Shown here in pieces: positions 19,475 through 28,959 of a DNA stretch of 64,000 nt; within the stretch, counting starts at the first letter, position 1, and every line of letters starts with the position of its first letter. A program made the position numbers and the translations under genes. The DNA comes from a virus, in IMG/VR virus record IMGVR_UViG_3300033562_000245, positions 1-64,000 of that record. One strand, written 5' to 3'. Below the pieces are notes generated by a model. It was not told the DNA's origin, made no database searches, and was given only the letters and a program-made list of their open reading frames with translations.

Positions 19475-19789
19475 ATGCTTAGTTGTACATTCTTTGAAAA
19501 ATTCCATTCTGACGGTCAGATAATGTACCGAGGGTGTGATGTTATTGATTTATCCACAGATTTATTCTCTGAATTAATCTCATTTGGTATTTTTAAACTC
19601 AATTACAATATCATTGAAGTGACAGTAAAAGATAATCATGAACAGTATTCTGAACGAGTGATAGATCTTGACGACAATACAAAAAATCAAATGGTAGATA
19701 TATTAAAACAAATCGAAGCGCATAAAGGTTGTTTTACGGAAGACTTGCGCGAGTTAATTCTAAAAAGAATTTGTTGTAAATTTAAATAA
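19475..19789 (+). CDS. hypothetical protein
   Basis: 104 aa, RBS AAGGAG. Confidence 0.7.
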   Translation: MLSCTFFEKFHSDGQIMYRGCDVIDLSTDLFSELISFGIFKLNYNIIEVTVKDNHEQYSERVIDLDDNTKNQMVDILKQIEAHKGCFTEDLRELILKRICCKFK

Positions 19790-19804
19790 TTTTAAGGACT
19801 AAAA

Positions 19805-20329
19805 ATGTTGCGACCGACTTGGAGAACAACGTTAAATAGAATTAAAGAGATTATAACAGGAAGACCGATTTCTTTATTTAAGCCGGCGATAAGAAACAAA
19901 GGATTTGAAACCATGACCTACCCAATAAAATTCCCTGTAGAAAAACTTTACGTTAATCAAGGACTATACGAATATCGTATCGTTATAGAAAACGGACATG
20001 ATAATTCAAATCCTATATACATACACGTTCGAGCTGATATCGTCAATGATGGGGCGGTATCGTTTCCTATACGTAACGCTTCGTTGATTGAAAATAAAGA
20101 TAAACACGGTCACTGGGGGTATTTCGTAATCCATTCCGACGATACGTATATTAAAGCAGTGAGATTAGCTTTTACCGATATCAATCACGGGGTGTTTATG
20201 GATAGTCAATACCAAAATAGTAGAACACAACAACGAATGTTGATATGTGAATATACAAAACCAAATGATCCTACCAAACAACCTTCGATAGTTCAACAGT
20301 CAGTTATCTTTCTTAATGTAAAAATATAG
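19805..20329 (+). CDS. hypothetical protein
   Basis: 174 aa, RBS AAGGA. Confidence 0.7.
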   Translation: MLRPTWRTTLNRIKEIITGRPISLFKPAIRNKGFETMTYPIKFPVEKLYVNQGLYEYRIVIENGHDNSNPIYIHVRADIVNDGAVSFPIRNASLIENKDKHGHWGYFVIHSDDTYIKAVRLAFTDINHGVFMDSQYQNSRTQQRMLICEYTKPNDPTKQPSIVQQSVIFLNVKI

Positions 20330-20348
20330 ACCAATAAAAGGGTATCGT

Positions 20349-20597
20349 ATGGCTGACATCTATTTTATGAACGAAAAAACAAAGTATATGTTCTATCTTA
20401 CCGAGTGCGATGAGGAACAAAGAACTGACGGTTTAGGTATTACAGAAGATCATTATACCGATCAATCATTGGCTTTCGATTGGTTTGTTGATGTCTGTAA
20501 TAAAATAGAATGGATCCACGGAAGTACCGATGAAAAATTATTAAAAGCTTACGAAAAAGCATGTCGTATATACAACGACATGATCGGAGATGCTTGA
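20349..20597 (+). CDS. hypothetical protein
   Basis: 82 aa, acidic, RBS AAGGG. Confidence 0.65.
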   Translation: MADIYFMNEKTKYMFYLTECDEEQRTDGLGITEDHYTDQSLAFDWFVDVCNKIEWIHGSTDEKLLKAYEKACRIYNDMIGDA

Positions 20598-20704
20598 TGT
20601 TTCCTACAAATGGAAGTTTATTAGATTTTATCCCCCCGAAACCAAACAAACAAAAAGATATAACAGATATCAAACAAAGCATAACGCACAAAGGAGATGC
20701 AAAA

Positions 20705-21745
20705 ATGGAAACGATGACTGTTCCTACACCAGAACAAATTAAAGAGAAAATTAAGACGCCTGTAAAGATTTCAGACAAACCGTCCAAACTGGCTGATGAG
20801 TCTACTACGCCTTCGGTTGCTATAATTGGCTGCGGTGGGTGCGGAACGAATGTTATTAAATTGCTCAATATTCCAAATGCTACTGTAGGTATAGTGGACA
20901 CATCTAAGAGTAATTTATTGAACCTCCCAAACAATGTTTCTATCGACATCATTGAAGCTGGACCTGATGACGCTAAAGGTTCAGGTATGCTTCGAGGTGC
21001 CAATAGTAATCTCATTCAGCAAAATATCACCGGAATCAAGCAATTGAATACCGTTGCTGATATCACAATTATTATTCATTCATTCTCCGGCGGCAGTGGT
21101 TCAGTAATTGGACCCTTGCTTGCAAATTATCTTACTGGGAATGAGAATCCGGTAGTAGTTGTTGGTGTACTCGACACATTATCCGGACAATCAATTACGA
21201 ATACAACCAATACTATTCGTACGTATCAACATCTCTCCGAAGAGAATGATCTATACTTCCCCGCTCAACTGTTCGATAATAAAGTAGGAAGAAAAAATGT
21301 CGACACTTCCATGGTTGATTACATTACTCATCTTGTTCGGTTGTTGACATCACGAGAAATCCACGAGTTGGATATTTCTGACAAGAAAAACTTCCTCCGC
21401 CCAAGAATGACCGGAGATTACGATGCAGGCATCTATATGCTAGACATCTACAAAAATGGCGAAATTAGCAAAGATCTTGCCCCTGTCCACGGTACGATGA
21501 TTGTAAATGAAAACGGGGATACTACCGGTATTAATATTCCGGAATCAGGTATCGTATATTCAGGCACGTCAGATACAGATTGGTACATTGCAACTATCGG
21601 GCGACACATCGACCCTGAATACATTTCCAATTTGGAAGATAGAGCAAACAAGTTTGCAGCTATCAACCACAACTCATCAGGGTCTCTGAAAGATCTCGGT
21701 AAGAAAGTCAAAGGCGCCAAAGATAAGTCGGGTCTGATACTGTAA
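20705..21745 (+). CDS. phuZ: PhuZ tubulin/FtsZ-like protein
   Basis: IIGCGGCGTNV, GSGMLRG, tubulin signature SFSGGSGSVIGP, C-terminal SGLIL; start re-called at 20705 (SD AAGGAG). Confidence 0.92.
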   Translation: METMTVPTPEQIKEKIKTPVKISDKPSKLADESTTPSVAIIGCGGCGTNVIKLLNIPNATVGIVDTSKSNLLNLPNNVSIDIIEAGPDDAKGSGMLRGANSNLIQQNITGIKQLNTVADITIIIHSFSGGSGSVIGPLLANYLTGNENPVVVVGVLDTLSGQSITNTTNTIRTYQHLSEENDLYFPAQLFDNKVGRKNVDTSMVDYITHLVRLLTSREIHELDISDKKNFLRPRMTGDYDAGIYMLDIYKNGEISKDLAPVHGTMIVNENGDTTGINIPESGIVYSGTSDTDWYIATIGRHIDPEYISNLEDRANKFAAINHNSSGSLKDLGKKVKGAKDKSGLIL

Positions 21746-21747
21746 AC

Positions 21748-21790
21748 TATAACGGGGGCTTTTGGCCCCCGTTATAAATATTATTTTTTT
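21748..21790 (+). terminator. terminator after phuZ
   Basis: 12-bp stem TATAACGGGGGC/GCCCCCGTTATA followed by TATTATTTTTTT. Confidence 0.8.
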
Positions 21791-21850
21791 GTCGTATCGA
21801 AAGATAGTATATAATAATATAACCTAAAAATCGTCTAAAAAGGAAAACAA

Positions 21851-22246
21851 ATGGCAATTATAAAATGTGTTCTAAGAATATTGTGGGAATTTCCTCAACT
21901 CATGCTGTCAGTATTGTGTCTATTTTGTTGTTGGTTAATAGATGATATATTTCGAATACAATACGATAAAAAGAATAAAGTGTTTAAAGTTCTTCTCTGT
22001 GAACAGAAGCGGCCGTTTTCTTTAGGTATATTTATATTTCTACCTGATTCTTATACACCTATGAGCGTATATGAGCATGAGTTAGGACATAGTAAACAAT
22101 CAACTGTGCTCGGTCCTTTTTATTTTTTAGTTGTTTGCATACCTAGTGTTATATGGTCATATATACGCAATAAGTACGATAAAGATTATTATACATTCTA
22201 CACTGAAAAATGGGCCGATAAATATAACAACATACGAAGATCTTAG
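21851..22246 (+). CDS. membrane protein with HExxH motif
   Basis: Hydrophobic N-terminus; YEHELGHSKQS...LGPFYFLVVCIPS. Confidence 0.7.
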   Translation: MAIIKCVLRILWEFPQLMLSVLCLFCCWLIDDIFRIQYDKKNKVFKVLLCEQKRPFSLGIFIFLPDSYTPMSVYEHELGHSKQSTVLGPFYFLVVCIPSVIWSYIRNKYDKDYYTFYTEKWADKYNNIRRS

Positions 22247-22262
22247 TATAGGGGGGTATTAG

Positions 22263-22529
22263 ATGTACACTGATTATTTCTCCCCGGCCAAACTAAAGAA
22301 AAAAATTGAAGAGTTTATAGAAGAGGGTGAGTTTAATGAACAACTCTTTAACAAACTAAAAAATGATATTGTAGCATGTAAAAAGTCTTTAGTGTTGGTT
22401 TCGATAGAAGAAAGTCTAAGGGGCACTAGATTTAAAGTTGTTAAAAAACCAGCTTCTACAAAATTAACTTATTATACAATTATCCAATACATATTAACTC
22501 TTAACAAAATAGTTATACCCAAACTATAA
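22263..22529 (+). CDS. hypothetical protein
   Basis: 88 aa, GGGGGG SD-like element. Confidence 0.6.
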   Translation: MYTDYFSPAKLKKKIEEFIEEGEFNEQLFNKLKNDIVACKKSLVLVSIEESLRGTRFKVVKKPASTKLTYYTIIQYILTLNKIVIPKL

Positions 22530-22535
22530 AAGGAA

Positions 22536-23012
22536 ATGACAGTGCTTAATGTAGAACAAACTTCCGTAGAATCGATGGATGAACTATTATCGCCTTTAGG
22601 TCTGACAACAGAAAAAATAAAAGAAATGAAAGAAAACCAAAAAAATGAAATGATGAGCTGGTTTCCTAAAGAATTACATAAGACAGAATTTATAGACGAC
22701 ATATACAAACTAGCATCTAATTACTTTGATAAAAATCTAAGTAAACTAACCGAAGATGTTAGCGACAATGAAGAAGTCAACGACATTAAAAGTCAAATAA
22801 ACGATATAGAATTAAGTATCTTTGTATGTGAAGAACTAGCTATTATTCTTAAAAAGAATTTTAACTTAAAGAAACTTAAAGTTGTACGAGACGAAGTCAA
22901 TGCGATTAATAAAAATCTAATACGTCTTAAAGTCACATTCAACGAATTAAAAGATCACTACAATAAAATTAATTTAGCCAGACAAAATACCCAAACTGAT
23001 ATAGAAGCATGA
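22536..23012 (+). CDS. hypothetical coiled-coil protein
   Basis: 158 aa, heptad-rich, followed by a hairpin. Confidence 0.7.
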   Translation: MTVLNVEQTSVESMDELLSPLGLTTEKIKEMKENQKNEMMSWFPKELHKTEFIDDIYKLASNYFDKNLSKLTEDVSDNEEVNDIKSQINDIELSIFVCEELAIILKKNFNLKKLKVVRDEVNAINKNLIRLKVTFNELKDHYNKINLARQNTQTDIEA

Positions 23013-23017
23013 TAAAT

Positions 23018-23047
23018 TATACAGGAGCCCAGAAGGGCTCCTGTATA
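23018..23047 (+). terminator. hairpin
   Basis: 13-bp stem TATACAGGAGCCC/GGGCTCCTGTATA; no adjacent U-tract. Confidence 0.55.
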
Positions 23048-23076
23048 GATGTCAATTCTCATTCGATTGATGGGTA

Positions 23077-23091
23077 TATATCACCTTAGTG
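23077..23091 (+). promoter_or_regulatory. putative early promoter variant (TATATCAC)
   Basis: 7/8 match to TATATTAC, with G at +7 as in the other copies. Confidence 0.5.
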
Positions 23092-23164
23092 AGCTTTATA
23101 ATTAAGCTGGACTTTTAACCCTAAAAGCAAACGTCGACTGTTTGCACAAACAAAGGAGATAAAC

Positions 23165-23377
23165 GTGGATAATTTTATTCGATTGGGAATTCTTGTTCAA
23201 AAGAATCCGACGAACAAAGAAGTAAGGGAGATATACAAAAAGTGTTCGGGAGAAGCATTGACGTATATCAAACTGTCGTCCGATGAATTGGTTTCTCTGG
23301 ACGGAACAATCGTAGATCCGGGATTAAATGCGATCTATGGTGCAGCGTGTGACGAAGCAGCAAAATATCTCTATTAA
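23165..23377 (+). CDS. hypothetical protein
   Basis: GTG start with AAGGAG, 70 aa. Confidence 0.65.
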   Translation: MDNFIRLGILVQKNPTNKEVREIYKKCSGEALTYIKLSSDELVSLDGTIVDPGLNAIYGAACDEAAKYLY

Positions 23378-23389
23378 TAAAAACTAATT

Positions 23390-23436
23390 ATGTAGGGCCT
23401 ACGGGCCCTACATTGTGTTTTTTGTGTTTAATTTTA
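23390..23436 (+). terminator. terminator
   Basis: 10-bp stem ATGTAGGGCC/GGCCCTACAT followed by a T-rich tract. Confidence 0.7.
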
Positions 23437-23461
23437 ACAATAAAAAACTAAAAAGTGATCT

Positions 23462-23770
23462 ATGAAAAAACCAAATAAAACTATATTAGCCCTATATAAC
23501 CTATCGGTTATTAAGGGTATAGATGTGAACTATGTTCAAAACGGAGTTGATACGTCTGAGACTAGGGTCACATTGATCGGCTCGAATGGGACATTAAAAG
23601 GTCGATGGGAAACTTACAAGCCATATTTGGAAGTCTCTGTTGATTTCCGGTCCATAGCAAGACTAAAGGATCGATATGTTAAAGAGGTTGACGATTGGAA
23701 AAAATTCGAAAGGATTAATTCTACCGAATACGACGAATATTTAAGATTAAGGAATAAATTCGAAAAGTGA
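23462..23770 (+). CDS. hypothetical protein
   Basis: 102-aa ORF between intergenic cassettes. Confidence 0.65.
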   Translation: MKKPNKTILALYNLSVIKGIDVNYVQNGVDTSETRVTLIGSNGTLKGRWETYKPYLEVSVDFRSIARLKDRYVKEVDDWKKFERINSTEYDEYLRLRNKFEK

Positions 23771-23848
23771 GGTGTATGCGGGCCCTATGCTATATCTTTG
23801 TGTTTAATTTTATGTCGATTTTAAAGACTTTTAATAGGGAGTATAAAT

Positions 23849-24190
23849 ATGAAATTTGTAAACTTAACAGACCATGCTATTAATCTAAATTCAGGGGAAG
23901 TGTTTGAAAAATCCGGAATTGTTTGTAGAATACCGTCTTCATTGCGAGTGTCAGATGTCATTGACGGTATCAGAATATTTACATCCAGAACATATGAAAT
24001 TGAGAACCTTCCGGATCCTGAGGAAAACACAATATATATCGTTTCTAACATCATATTGGATAAGCTGCATAAGAAATTTAGTATGGGGTACAAGCCTAGA
24101 TTCGATGTGTGTGCGCCAGCTACAACACATAGAGAGTGCGTTAGAGATGAAAACGGTCGAGTGATATCCGTTCCTGGTTTTATAAGATAA
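23849..24190 (+). CDS. conserved small phage protein of unknown function
   Basis: MKFVNLTDHAINL...LPDPEENTIYIVS...VRDENGRVI pattern seen in many phage proteins; RBS GGGAG. Confidence 0.75.
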   Translation: MKFVNLTDHAINLNSGEVFEKSGIVCRIPSSLRVSDVIDGIRIFTSRTYEIENLPDPEENTIYIVSNIILDKLHKKFSMGYKPRFDVCAPATTHRECVRDENGRVISVPGFIR

Positions 24191-24287
24191 TCCTCTTTCT
24201 TTAGGAAGAGGTATGTCAATAACTAACAAGTTGAGTATTGAAAAAATAAGTTTTAACTATTTAATATAACAAGGAGGGATATCTTTC

Positions 24288-24704
24288 ATGCTAAATTCAC
24301 TATTACCGAGAACAGAGAAAATCAAACTATCAGAAATGAAAGAGGGAACTGCGAGGCATAAGAATCATAAGGTTCATATGTTTGCTTGTGACTATGGAAT
24401 TCATTATAATAAAAACTATGGTGACATTAGTATTCTTTATAAAAATAAAGATCATTTAAAAACAATATTCCCGTTTAAATGTTTGCTTCGGTCACTGAAA
24501 GGGCACGTTGAATTACTCAATTTTATAAGATACGAACTACTAACCGAAACTCTTATGTTCAGAATAAAAAGGAAATTAGGATATACAATTCTTATCGTAG
24601 AACATGAAACTGACCCGACTAAAATCCAAATTCATCTTAAAAACGGTTCGGTAACTTTGATTCAACATCTAGGAGAAAGCATTCCTGTCGTACAACCCAA
24701 ATAA
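24288..24704 (+). CDS. hypothetical protein
   Basis: 138 aa, RBS AAGGAGG. Confidence 0.7.
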   Translation: MLNSLLPRTEKIKLSEMKEGTARHKNHKVHMFACDYGIHYNKNYGDISILYKNKDHLKTIFPFKCLLRSLKGHVELLNFIRYELLTETLMFRIKRKLGYTILIVEHETDPTKIQIHLKNGSVTLIQHLGESIPVVQPK

Positions 24705-24716
24705 GGAACATACACA

Positions 24717-25949
24717 ATGATAAAAAATCTTCTTCAACCAGGGACCAACGTATACTTGTTATATACCGCGAGTATGGACAGCAAAGGTGCGGCCTATTTA
24801 TTGAAATATTTTCTAGAACAAGCAAAAATAAATGTTTCAGTCGAATTCGCCAAATACAATGGAGCAGTTCCCCGCAATCTCCCCAATCCAGAATATGCAA
24901 CTAATACACATGTGGTGTGCTGCGGGGTTACTTTATCTGCCGATGCTGATAAGTATATACGTAAACATTACGAAACAACAGTGTACGAAAACGACGGTAA
25001 ACGGTCAATCTGCAAGGAGATCTTCGATCAAATAAAGAAACATCCAAACTTCATTCATGTAAACGTAGACCAGCCCAATATAAGTAAATGGGTGTCTTTT
25101 ATCGCCGATTTTCATGTTAGGAACGAATTGTGGGATGAAGGTAACGATAGGATTAAACATCTTATTTACTTTAATTTGACAGCGAGTTGCTACAATACAT
25201 GGATCAATAGTAACGGGAGGAATTACTTTTGGGATCGATTGATGGAGATCCCGGGAGAATTTCTACAAGTGTTACTGTCAGAGGGTACGGAAATCTATAA
25301 CTATAAAAAGAAAAGAGACAATAGTTTATATCGCCACATAAAAACAATAGAGCCGGAAGTTCTCGGTAATAGATGTAGAATAGCAAATAAGAGAGATGCC
25401 GACTCTGGATTTTTTCAATGTAAAGATCTAGATGTTGATTTCCTTATCGCCTATGAAGCATCTTCTGATCTCGATCAAAGAAGAGCTTTCGAAAAACTCA
25501 GATTCCATCTCTCCGAGTATCCAACCTCCAAAGAGATACTTGCTGCGATATCTTCTTTTATCTCATTGACTTTTACTGTTTACAGAAATAGAGAAGATGC
25601 TGACGTTCTCGATTTCATTAAACCATTTAAAGGTTCTGGTCACAGCAAAGTTGGGTCGTTTACTGTTTCGGATAAAAATTTAATAGAAGAATTTGTAACA
25701 ATCGAAGCGCTATTGAAAATTAAACCCACTCTATGCGAAACCGATACTTCTGATGTCGTTCAAAAGTACAGAAACAGCATTCAGACTATGTACAAAAAGA
25801 GGGGGCTTTTTCTCAATGGCGCGCTACACGTAATAAACAACGTATGTGATTTCGATTCGTATTCTGATAGTGTCGGTGATGATTTAATTTTATATCGATT
25901 TAATAACGATTCTATTATTGGTCTCTTAAAACATTTACAATCGTGCTAA
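24717..25949 (+). CDS. degenerate DHH/DHHA1 phosphoesterase-like protein
   Basis: Layout matches phage DHH proteins; DHHA1 motif GSGHSKVGSF retained, DHH metal motifs replaced. Confidence 0.65.
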   Translation: MIKNLLQPGTNVYLLYTASMDSKGAAYLLKYFLEQAKINVSVEFAKYNGAVPRNLPNPEYATNTHVVCCGVTLSADADKYIRKHYETTVYENDGKRSICKEIFDQIKKHPNFIHVNVDQPNISKWVSFIADFHVRNELWDEGNDRIKHLIYFNLTASCYNTWINSNGRNYFWDRLMEIPGEFLQVLLSEGTEIYNYKKKRDNSLYRHIKTIEPEVLGNRCRIANKRDADSGFFQCKDLDVDFLIAYEASSDLDQRRAFEKLRFHLSEYPTSKEILAAISSFISLTFTVYRNREDADVLDFIKPFKGSGHSKVGSFTVSDKNLIEEFVTIEALLKIKPTLCETDTSDVVQKYRNSIQTMYKKRGLFLNGALHVINNVCDFDSYSDSVGDDLILYRFNNDSIIGLLKHLQSC

Positions 25950-25955
25950 TAAGGA

Positions 25956-28064
25956 GTGAAGATGCCAACATCTGATCATTTAATAGTAGCCATAGATAAA
26001 AATTTGAAATCAAATTTACTGTGTCACATTCTCAACGCATGTAAATCCGAAGAGCTCGATGTTCAAGATTTCTACACTTCTACGTTCGAGCGTAATATGT
26101 ATTTGATATTAGATACCATACATCATAACGCGCAAAGAGGCGGAATAACTCCAAATATAAATTTTCTTACTGTAGGTGAACATCCCCAGTATGGTAACTT
26201 GGACGAATTACGAAAACGCGGTTATAACTTCTCTCGTATTTCAGATGAAGGGGTATCTTTATTCCTGACGGGTTTATACAGAAAAGCATTAGGAGATAAA
26301 ATCGATGTAACATGTGCGCTGCCTACGATGGGTACAGTTGATATTGAAAAGCATTTCGATTTTAATAAGGTACATAGGGGCTTCCTATTGAACGTGTTAC
26401 CAGCATTCCTGGATGAAGGCCAATTTATTCTCGATGGTCATGTTGGTATAAACTTTATGAAAGGTTTAAAATGTAATTGTCATCAAAACAATCGAGTAAT
26501 AGGTCTTCTTTTAAAAGAAACCGAGTACATGTCTTTTGTGAACGATTGTATTTGTATGGGGAATTTAATTAGTCAATATGAAAAACGCGTTATTCTTGAT
26601 TCTATTTCTTTAGCAGAAACTATTACTGTAGGCGATCATACTATTTTTCTATGTAATAACCCTGCCGTATTACCTAAAGATGTAGACGCCACTGTTGCCG
26701 ATTACCTTATGGTCTATGAAATTACCCCCAAGAAAGATTGTCGTGAGTTGTTTATAAACCACGTAGATCCTGTCACTATGAAAAGTAACAAAGGAGAAGA
26801 TGTTAAAGAATTAGTATTAAAGAATTCTATATTTAACTTCACGGTATATCCCTTGAATGATAAATATAACTCAATTTTACTAACAGCAGACTGGGGTGGG
26901 AAGGGTACCGATAAAGTATCTATATTCTCTTTTGATATTTATGAGATTGCAGATGCTTTAGATTTTCTTTTACCGTTTGATATTTCAGATTTTATGGACT
27001 TTCATTTGCATCGAGCACCGTACGGTAGTGTTTTTCCGGTACCTGCTAACATAGAACACAGAGGAATTAGAAATACTATCTTTGAAAACCCTGTAGACAA
27101 AATCCTATATTTCAACTCAGTAGTAATTCAAGAATACTTGAATAATGTGAGGTATACGCTAGTAGATAAAAAAGGATTCGAGCTTGATTATCAATTCATA
27201 GTTAACGATCTTGTTAATTTTATAGGTCACACTATGGAAACGGACGTAATAACGTTTACAATATCTTCTAAAATAATAGAAAAGGTATTAACGGAAATAC
27301 CACTAGTATGGCTCCCAGATTACAAACGAATAAAGCTGAGTAAGTATGGCTGTGCATTAGTTGAAGGACCGTATCATGAAAATATAGATCACCCATTCCA
27401 TCTTGAAAAACTAATACATGCTGAGGAATTAGATTTTCTTATCTACTATCGTTCAGAATCGTTTGTAAATAAACATATCAAATTAAACGACTCCTATAAA
27501 GACGATCCTCGTATAAATATTATTCTTCAGAATTGGATGGATATGCACGAGGATTCGATATCTTTTTCTATTGTCGTAGTTAATCCGTCTAATAATATTG
27601 TGATTCAAGAATTTCTCCCTGGTCAAACGTTTACTTCTAAAATAAAATGTAAGAAGAGTGACAAAGATAAGAGTTCAGTCATATGTGACAGCATTAAAGA
27701 TGGTGTTGTTCATTTAACTATTCTGTTAAGTTTAGACGACATCGGATCTGTGTTAGAAACCCACTTTACACCTAGCGCGAGAAAAGACAAGAAAGTTAGC
27801 TCTGTAGAATTTAAATGGAGTATAGATTTTATCGACAAGATGTTAGGTGTCATTAGAACTGTTTATACGAACGACATGGTGTTGATTGATAAATTCGATA
27901 GTGTGTTGGGTGAGATGCTGGCTGATACCGGGAATAACCGGGTTACAATAAAATATACAAAGAATATAACCGATAAAAAAGAAAGGAGGAAAATAAAAGA
28001 AAGTTTGCTTAATGGCTTAGGATCTTTATTAAACGATCCAAACACAACAATAGGAACATTTTAA
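25956..28064 (+). CDS. larger degenerate DHH/DHHA1-like paralog
   Basis: DYLMVYE...FTVYP...WGGKGTDKVSIF aligns with the preceding gene; a further DFLIYY...SFSIV repeat. Confidence 0.55.
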   Translation: MKMPTSDHLIVAIDKNLKSNLLCHILNACKSEELDVQDFYTSTFERNMYLILDTIHHNAQRGGITPNINFLTVGEHPQYGNLDELRKRGYNFSRISDEGVSLFLTGLYRKALGDKIDVTCALPTMGTVDIEKHFDFNKVHRGFLLNVLPAFLDEGQFILDGHVGINFMKGLKCNCHQNNRVIGLLLKETEYMSFVNDCICMGNLISQYEKRVILDSISLAETITVGDHTIFLCNNPAVLPKDVDATVADYLMVYEITPKKDCRELFINHVDPVTMKSNKGEDVKELVLKNSIFNFTVYPLNDKYNSILLTADWGGKGTDKVSIFSFDIYEIADALDFLLPFDISDFMDFHLHRAPYGSVFPVPANIEHRGIRNTIFENPVDKILYFNSVVIQEYLNNVRYTLVDKKGFELDYQFIVNDLVNFIGHTMETDVITFTISSKIIEKVLTEIPLVWLPDYKRIKLSKYGCALVEGPYHENIDHPFHLEKLIHAEELDFLIYYRSESFVNKHIKLNDSYKDDPRINIILQNWMDMHEDSISFSIVVVNPSNNIVIQEFLPGQTFTSKIKCKKSDKDKSSVICDSIKDGVVHLTILLSLDDIGSVLETHFTPSARKDKKVSSVEFKWSIDFIDKMLGVIRTVYTNDMVLIDKFDSVLGEMLADTGNNRVTIKYTKNITDKKERRKIKESLLNGLGSLLNDPNTTIGTF

Positions 28065-28083
28065 TTAATAAGGAGATGTAAAC

Positions 28084-28647
28084 ATGAAAGAAGTAATTCT
28101 GGAAGAAATCAAAAGAGGGCTGAAGAGAGAAGGAAACACAACAATAATAGTTCCTGGGTTTAGTATACACACCGAACAAGAATCGGGAAAAGATGCTGTT
28201 GTAAGAATAAATAAAAAAGACGACGACAGTGTCTTTTCACACAGCGTTAACGCCGGAATGAAGGCGCTCGATGCGGGCATGAAAGTGCTGAGTAATTCAA
28301 TGAAAGTGTTAAATAGTTCAATGAAAGTGCTTAGCAGGGGAACTGACAGTGCCTTCGAGGACACAGATAGATTGATAGCTATGGGTGGACATAGTATCAA
28401 AGGTTCGTGGTCCGGTAATAAATGTACAGAATTCAAAGTCAACGGGGTCGATGTTGATCCTGTAAAATTTTACGAGAGCTTGACACAGAAGAAAGAAGAG
28501 ACTCTCCCTACCCCGAACCAGAAGATCGAAGTAAGCTTCGAAACCGGCAAAGGAATGACCAGTGCTAAAATTGACGGGGAAGAAGTCTCCATCTCCGAGT
28601 TTGCGAAGGTTTATCCAACGTTAACGGATGTTGTTAAAGCGATTTAA
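28084..28647 (+). CDS. hypothetical protein with 7-aa tandem repeat
   Basis: 187 aa, RBS AAGGAG. Confidence 0.75.
   Translation: MKEVILEEIKRGLKREGNTTIIVPGFSIHTEQESGKDAVVRINKKDDDSVFSHSVNAGMKALDAGMKVLSNSMKVLNSSMKVLSRGTDSAFEDTDRLIAMGGHSIKGSWSGNKCTEFKVNGVDVDPVKFYESLTQKKEETLPTPNQKIEVSFETGKGMTSAKIDGEEVSISEFAKVYPTLTDVVKAI
28258..28338 (+). repeat. 21-bp tandem repeat, about 4 copies
   Basis: ATGAA at 28258, 28279, 28300 and 28321 (MKALDAG/MKVLSNS/MKVLNSS/MKVLSRG). Confidence 0.8.
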
Positions 28648-28739
28648 TCCGAAACGGTACCAACAAGACGTAGGGTCTTGTAAGTATAGTGATACGACGA
28701 TTTAGTCGTAACGAAACACTACAAAAGAAGGAAATCAAA

Positions 28740-28955
28740 ATGAGAGTAGATTGTTCGGAAGCAGCTAGAACTGACAACGCGTGCGAAATTCGCTTAGGCG
28801 CGGCATCCTGGGACGACGGTACAGATACTCATCTGTCTGTTAAGTATGCGTGGTTTGATAAAAACGGAAAAGCGTGTAGAGGTGGAGAAGTTCCCGTGGA
28901 AGCCCTCCCTCAAATGCTTGAAATGGCCATACGTCACGGATATTTGAAATTGTAA
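28740..28955 (+). CDS. hypothetical small protein
   Basis: ATG 28740 with AAGG SD (the track starts at 28689); visibly more GC-rich than its neighbours. Confidence 0.7.
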   Translation: MRVDCSEAARTDNACEIRLGAASWDDGTDTHLSVKYAWFDKNGKACRGGEVPVEALPQMLEMAIRHGYLKL

Positions 28956-28959
28956 AAAC

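Noticed and set aside
20561-20704. Longer 394-aa PhuZ start
   Set aside because: It overlaps the upstream gene and lacks an SD; 20705 has AAGGAG
20440-21015. 191-aa minus-strand ORF over phuZ
   Set aside because: Antisense shadow of a clearly real gene
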